Below, piece by piece: positions 59,107-64,000 of a DNA stretch of 64,000 nucleotides. The notes beneath the pieces were generated by a model. The model was not told where the DNA came from, made no database searches, and saw nothing but the letters and a program-made list of their open reading frames with translations. Each line of letters opens with the position of its first letter. Positions within the stretch are counted from its first letter, which is position 1. A program made the position numbers and the translations under genes. The stretch comes from Dehalococcoidia bacterium (GTDB lineage Bacteria; Chloroflexota; Dehalococcoidia; Bin125), in assembly GCA_963662615.2 (NCBI GenBank), contig CAXXSR010000001.1, positions 1,344,001-1,408,000 of the forward strand, in the 5' to 3' direction.

Positions 59107-60825
59107 CTACCGGTACATGGTTTGATTCTTGGTGCCGGGCGCGAACTCGTTCGGGTCCACCCAAACGTTCAGCAGCGCCGACGTCCCCGATTGCACCGCT
59201 TCCCGCCCGCGCTCCAGCGCCGGCCGGATCTGATCCGGCGTCCGCACCGCCTCGCCGTAGCCACCCAGCATCTCCGCGAACCGCTCGAACGGGACGTCGC
59301 CCAGCTTGTTGCCCACGCCGCCACGATCTTCGCCGTACTTCATCGTTTGGCCGAAGCGGATCTGATTCATCGAAGAATTATTGCCAATCACCCCCAGGAA
59401 CGGCAGCTTGAAGCGCTGAGCCGTCTCCAGGTCCCAGCCCGTCAGGGTGAATGCGCCGTCACCGAAGTAGCAGAGCACTTCCTTCTCGGGATGCACGTAC
59501 TTGGCCGCCAGCGCGAACGGCACGCCCACGCCCAGCGTGCCCAGCGGCCCCGGATCCATCCAGTGCCCGGGCGACCTCGGCTGCACCGCTTGAGCGCTGA
59601 TCGTCACCACGTCGCCGCCGTCGCCAATGTAGATCGTGTCCTCGCTGAGAAACTCGTTGATCTCGTAGGCCACCCGATACGGACTGATCGGCGTCGCCTC
59701 TGATCGCAGCTGCGGCAGCAGCTTCTCGTATCGCCTCTCCTCCTCCGCCCGCAGCGTCTGCAGCCAGCCGTCGCGCCTGCCGGCGCCAATGTCCAGCCGC
59801 CCCGTCGCCGCGTTGGTCACCGCCGTGAGGATGCGCCCCACGTCGCCCACCAGTCCCAGCGAGATGTCGCGGTTCTTTCCCACCGTCCGGTGGTCCATGT
59901 CAATCTGTGCCACCGTCGCGTCCGCGCCCAGACGCCTGCCGTAGCCCATGCGAAAGTCGAACGGCGTCCCCACAATGACAATCACGTCCGCCTGGTCGAA
60001 CGCCACCCGCCGCGTGTGCTGGAAAAAGTGCGCATCCCCAGGCGGGAACGTGCCTCGGCCCGCCCCGTTCATGTAGGCGGGAATGTTCAGCGTGCGCGCG
60101 AACGCGCGCGCCGCCTCCGTCGCCCGACAGCTCCACACCTGCGACCCGAACAGCACGCAGGGCCGCTCCGACGCCACCAGCAGGTCCGCCAGCTGCTCAA
60201 TGTCGTCCGGATCCGCAAGCACCTTCGTCGACGCGCGGTACCGCCCGGCCGCCGGGATGCGCGCGCTGCCCAGCGCCACTTTCCCGTCCAGGACGTCACG
60301 CGGGATCTCCAGAAACGACGGGCCCGGCGCGCCGTTGAAGCATTCACGAAACGCCATCGACACCAGATCCGCCACGCGCTCGGTGCGGGGCACGCTGGCC
60401 GCGAACTTCGTGATCGGCCGCAGCATGTCCACGTGCGGCAGCTCCTGCAGCGACCCCATCTGATGTTGCGACAATGCTCCTTGCCCGCCGATCAGCAACA
60501 TCGCGCTCTCGGCCCGGAACGCGTTCGCCACCCCTGTGATCGCGTCGGTCGTGCCCGGCCCGGCCGTCACCACGGCGCAGCCCGGTACTCCCCGCATGCG
60601 CGCGTAGCCGTCGGCCGCGTGCGCCGCCACCTGCTCGTGGCGCACGTCAATGATGTCAATGCCTTCGTCCAGACAGCCGTCGTAAATATCAATGATGTGG
60701 CCGCCGCAGAGGGTAAAGATGACCTCCACCCCCTCGTTCTTGAGCGCCTTCGCCACCAGGTGCCCGCCCGAGATCATCGCCTCCGGCGCCTCCGCCTGGC
60801 CCACCTTCTCTGCCGCTTCCACCAT
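59107..60825 (-). CDS. oxc: ThDP enzyme, oxalyl-CoA decarboxylase / 2-hydroxyacyl-CoA lyase family
   Basis: RHEQ, TAGPG, GTLGVG, GDGAF...NN; directly upstream of frc. Confidence 0.7.
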   Translation of the reverse strand: MVEAAEKVGQAEAPEAMISGGHLVAKALKNEGVEVIFTLCGGHIIDIYDGCLDEGIDIIDVRHEQVAAHAADGYARMRGVPGCAVVTAGPGTTDAITGVANAFRAESAMLLIGGQGALSQHQMGSLQELPHVDMLRPITKFAASVPRTERVADLVSMAFRECFNGAPGPSFLEIPRDVLDGKVALGSARIPAAGRYRASTKVLADPDDIEQLADLLVASERPCVLFGSQVWSCRATEAARAFARTLNIPAYMNGAGRGTFPPGDAHFFQHTRRVAFDQADVIVIVGTPFDFRMGYGRRLGADATVAQIDMDHRTVGKNRDISLGLVGDVGRILTAVTNAATGRLDIGAGRRDGWLQTLRAEEERRYEKLLPQLRSEATPISPYRVAYEINEFLSEDTIYIGDGGDVVTISAQAVQPRSPGHWMDPGPLGTLGVGVPFALAAKYVHPEKEVLCYFGDGAFTLTGWDLETAQRFKLPFLGVIGNNSSMNQIRFGQTMKYGEDRGGVGNKLGDVPFERFAEMLGGYGEAVRTPDQIRPALERGREAVQSGTSALLNVWVDPNEFAPGTKNQTMYR

Positions 60826-60924
60826 GCCCTTGCTCCAATCGTCACGCGCAGGTTAGCGGATGGACCACGTCACTCCCGCGCCGGAGTTGGGTCAGCCCGT
60901 CGCGCCATGCCCGCGCCGTCTTCC

Positions 60925-62556
60925 TCAGCCCCCCAACGACCGCTCCAAGTCGGCGTCTGCGGCGCCTGCAACGTCACCGTCCGCCCTCGCGGCCGCGGCG
61001 ACGGCCTCCTCCTCCACCGCCTGATGCGTGCGCATCTTCCCGGGCACCATCGTCACCGCCACCAGCAGCGCCGCGCCAATAAAGCCCGCGCCTATGTAAA
61101 AGCCTGCGGAGATGGCCTCAACGAAGGCGGTGTTGGCGGCATCCAGCACCACCGTCGCCTGAGCGGCCGGCAAGTCCCGCGCCGTCACCACGGCCACGCC
61201 AATGCCTTCCGACACGTCCTCCACAATCCGCGCGGGCACGGCGCCCGCCAGCGCCTCCTCCACGTTGCTCCGGTACATGCCCGTGACAATGCTGCCCAGG
61301 ATCGCAATGCCCAGCGCCGCGCCGAGTTCGCGGCCGACGTTGTTGATCGCGGAGCCAATGCCGGCGTCATTCACGGGAACGGCCGCCATCACCGTATCCG
61401 TCAGCGGCGCCATCGCCATGCCGGCGCCGAAGCCGAACGTCATCAGCCCAATCGCCACCAGCAGATAGCTGCTGTCCACCTCCAGCTGCGCCAGCCAGAC
61501 CATGCCAAACAGGATCACCGCCGTCGCGACGATCGCCAGGACCCGCGGCCCTACCCGCTTATTGAGGACGCCCGCCAGCGGCGCCGCCACCATCAGCATT
61601 CCCGCCGTGGGCAGGATGAACAGACCGGCCTGGAAGGCGCTCTTGCCCTGCACGAGTTGGAAGTAGAGCGTCAGGAAAAAGAAGACGCCCAGCATCGCGA
61701 AGACGATCAGCGCGATCACCAACACGGAGCCGCTGAAGTCACGCCGCTTGAAGAAGTGCAGCGGCAGCATGGGCGCGGCGCTGCGCCGCTCCACCGCGAC
61801 GAACGCGCCCAAGAGCACCGCTGCGACCGCGAACGCCACCGCGATCTGCGGCTCCGTCCAGCCGGTTGCGCCGCCCTGGATAAGCGCATACACCAGCGCC
61901 AATAGGCCGCCGGTCCCTGCGACGACTCCGGGGAAGTCCAGGGGCAGCCGACGGCTGTCGCGCGACTCCGGGACGATGCGCATGCCCAGCAACGACAGCG
62001 CCACCACCGGCAGGTGCATCCAGAACACCGCTGACCAATTGATGCTGTCCACCAACCAGCCGCCCAGCAGCGGCCCCACGGCGATGCCGATGGCGCCCAC
62101 CCCCGTCCAGATGCCGATCGCCTTCGAGCGCTCCTCCCGCGGGAACACGTGCGTGATGATGGACAGCGTCGCCGGCAGCACGAGAGCGGCGCCGACCCCC
62201 TGAGCCCCGCGCGTGACGATCAACGTCTCCGCGTCGGGGGCGAGAGCGGAGCCCACTGAGGCCGCGCCAAACGTACACATCCCGATCACAAGCAAGCGGC
62301 GCCGGCCGAACCGATCACCCAGCGTGCCACCCATCAACATCAGACCGGCGAGCATGAGGATGTACCCGTCCACGACCCACTGCAGCGTGGACGTGGTCGC
62401 CCGCAAATCCCGCGCAATGGAGGGCAGCGCCGTGTTCACCACGGTGTTGTCCACCATGACCATGGCCAAGCTGAGCGACATCACCCCCAGCACCCACCAC
62501 CGCTTGGCGTAGGGCTGGGAGCGCCCAATCGTTGCCGTCATTGCCCCCTGCTTCAT
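60925..62556 (-). CDS. DHA2 (EmrB/QacA) MFS efflux transporter
   Basis: DNTVVNTALP, GDRFGRRR, GPLLGG, about 14 TMs. Confidence 0.93.
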   Translation of the reverse strand: MKQGAMTATIGRSQPYAKRWWVLGVMSLSLAMVMVDNTVVNTALPSIARDLRATTSTLQWVVDGYILMLAGLMLMGGTLGDRFGRRRLLVIGMCTFGAASVGSALAPDAETLIVTRGAQGVGAALVLPATLSIITHVFPREERSKAIGIWTGVGAIGIAVGPLLGGWLVDSINWSAVFWMHLPVVALSLLGMRIVPESRDSRRLPLDFPGVVAGTGGLLALVYALIQGGATGWTEPQIAVAFAVAAVLLGAFVAVERRSAAPMLPLHFFKRRDFSGSVLVIALIVFAMLGVFFFLTLYFQLVQGKSAFQAGLFILPTAGMLMVAAPLAGVLNKRVGPRVLAIVATAVILFGMVWLAQLEVDSSYLLVAIGLMTFGFGAGMAMAPLTDTVMAAVPVNDAGIGSAINNVGRELGAALGIAILGSIVTGMYRSNVEEALAGAVPARIVEDVSEGIGVAVVTARDLPAAQATVVLDAANTAFVEAISAGFYIGAGFIGAALLVAVTMVPGKMRTHQAVEEEAVAAAARADGDVAGAADADLERSLGG

Positions 62557-62837
62557 TCGACCTATCCACTCACCATCCGTCGCGGCGGCGAGCGAAATCC
62601 CCTCGCCGTTGCCCAGCGCTCATGCCTCAAGTCGTGACGGATCACCGGACCCAAGCCGCCATCCAATTATGCCTCGCTTGCAGCCCCCGTCTATATGCCC
62701 GGTTGCCCTCCGCAATCGCTAGCGGCTCGCCGGTACGCTATCCTCCGCCAGCGCGACCTCCTACTCCCTACAACCGGCCCGGCGACGGCAGGGGCCCCCA
62801 ACGTTGACGGGCGCGCTTTCCCACCTGGAGTGCGGTC

Positions 62838-63449
62838 ATGGCTTCGAACGATGCGCAGCGCTACCCCGTCCGCTTCGATGTGGACTACCCGGAGAGCCTC
62901 GATCGCTTTAGCTCGATCCTCCGCATCCTCTTCGTCATCCCTATCTTCATTGTGCTGGCACTACTGACGGCCAGCTACGGTGGAGACTACGGGGGCGCGG
63001 CAGGCCTCGTCTTCCTGCCCACACTTCTGCTGATCGTTTTTCGCCGCAAGTACCCCCGCTGGTGGTTCAACTGGAACCTCGAGCTCCTCCGCTTCACGAA
63101 CCGCGTTTTCGCCTACCTGTTGCTCCTCACCGACCGCTTCCCTTCCACCGACGAGGAACAGTCCGTCCATCTAACGATCGAGTACCCCGATGCCGAGCGC
63201 AATCTCCATCGCTGGCTCCCATTGGTGAAGTGGCTCCTCGCCCTCCCCCACTACGTCGTTCTGATCTTCCTCCTGCTCGCAACGGTGGTCGCGGTCGTCA
63301 TCGCCTGGTTCGCGATCCTCCTCACAGCTCGCTACCCGCGCGGACTCTTCGATTTCGTCGTCGGAGTCATGCGCTGGGGCAACCGCGTGCAGGCCTACGC
63401 GTTTCTCCTCACCACCGACCGCTACCCTCCCTTCCGTCTCAGCGAGTAG
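62838..63449 (+). CDS. DUF4389 domain membrane protein
   Basis: Two internal repeats, YP...RV.AY..LLTD.YP. Confidence 0.88.
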   Translation: MASNDAQRYPVRFDVDYPESLDRFSSILRILFVIPIFIVLALLTASYGGDYGGAAGLVFLPTLLLIVFRRKYPRWWFNWNLELLRFTNRVFAYLLLLTDRFPSTDEEQSVHLTIEYPDAERNLHRWLPLVKWLLALPHYVVLIFLLLATVVAVVIAWFAILLTARYPRGLFDFVVGVMRWGNRVQAYAFLLTTDRYPPFRLSE

Positions 63450-63468
63450 AGCGCCACCCGAGGCGGCC

Positions 63469-63948
63469 GTGAGCACCTCAGGGACGAACCGCCACACCTC
63501 CCAGTTCTGCTTCCCCCCGCTGGGCCACCTCCTCGCGCTCGCCGCCGGGTTGGCCCTGCACTTCCGTTGCCGAAGGCTGCCTCTTTTCCCCCAGGGCTGG
63601 ATCGGGCAGGCGCTCGGCTGGCCACTCGCGGGCGCTGGCGGCCTCCTCATGCTCTGGGGAGTCAAGACGATGCGCCGGGCGGGCGAGGATCCCGCTTCCG
63701 ACAAGCCCACCGCCGCCATCATCTCCACGGGGCCGTTCGCCTTCAGCCGCAATCCGCTCTATGTCGCGCTCAACCTCGCCTACCTGGGGATCACGCTCAT
63801 CGTCAACACGGTCTGGCCGCTGCCCCTTGTGGCGCCTGCCATCGCCTTTGTGCACTGTGTGGTCATCCCGCGCGAGGAGCGCTACCTCGAGGCCAGCTTC
63901 GGCGACGAGTATCGCGCCTACCAGCGCCGCGTCCCGCGATGGTGCTAG
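63469..63948 (+). CDS. isoprenylcysteine carboxyl methyltransferase/PEMT family protein
   Basis: GPFAFSRNPLY, EERYL...FGDEY...VPRW. Confidence 0.9.
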   Translation: MSTSGTNRHTSQFCFPPLGHLLALAAGLALHFRCRRLPLFPQGWIGQALGWPLAGAGGLLMLWGVKTMRRAGEDPASDKPTAAIISTGPFAFSRNPLYVALNLAYLGITLIVNTVWPLPLVAPAIAFVHCVVIPREERYLEASFGDEYRAYQRRVPRWC

Positions 63949-64000
63949 CCGCCACGCACCGCCGCCGCCCACCCCCCACCCGGCCTGCGGAGCGAGTCGT

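Noticed and set aside
46114-64000. attR duplicate of the tRNA-Pro 3' end
   Set aside because: No copy of TTCAAATCCGGCCGCCCCGACCA noticed; a short degenerate copy cannot be excluded without alignment

Overview
A very GC-rich bacterial chromosomal window. The gene repertoire (paired CaiB/BaiF CoA-transferases, split ADP-forming acyl-CoA ligase, long-form hisG, NuoG-like protein, stand-alone HTH_17) suggests Chloroflexota/Dehalococcoidia, but this is inference. Bases 1-46 kb are mostly core or metabolic genes: nfo, dut, a Zur/Fur-type regulator with a metal ABC transporter, an ECF sigma/RskA-like pair, iscA, two iscS, nuoB-nuoI-nuoG-like, hisG, acs, pyrE-like, pth and mfd. They end at tRNA-Pro(GGG). 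About 46.1-57.4 kb looks accessory. It holds a frameshifted HExxH peptidase, a 4x18-bp repeat, and a compact operon encoding a small YLDP-motif membrane peptide, a kinase-like/methyltransferase fusion (NoeA-like) and a membrane LtaS/sulfatase-fold transferase. It also holds a REP-like palindrome, osmC-SnoaL-FAD monooxygenase genes and a plsY-like/GNAT/PLP-enzyme operon. frc/oxc-like genes and an MFS exporter follow. Notable non-coding or cryptic signals are three TGAGA-N5-TCTCA-type boxes, twin 88-bp structured repeats before acs, 11-bp-periodic direct repeats beside a TTGACA, a 93-bp coding repeat inside mfd and a probable CTG start. All product calls come from motif recognition by eye, without database searches.
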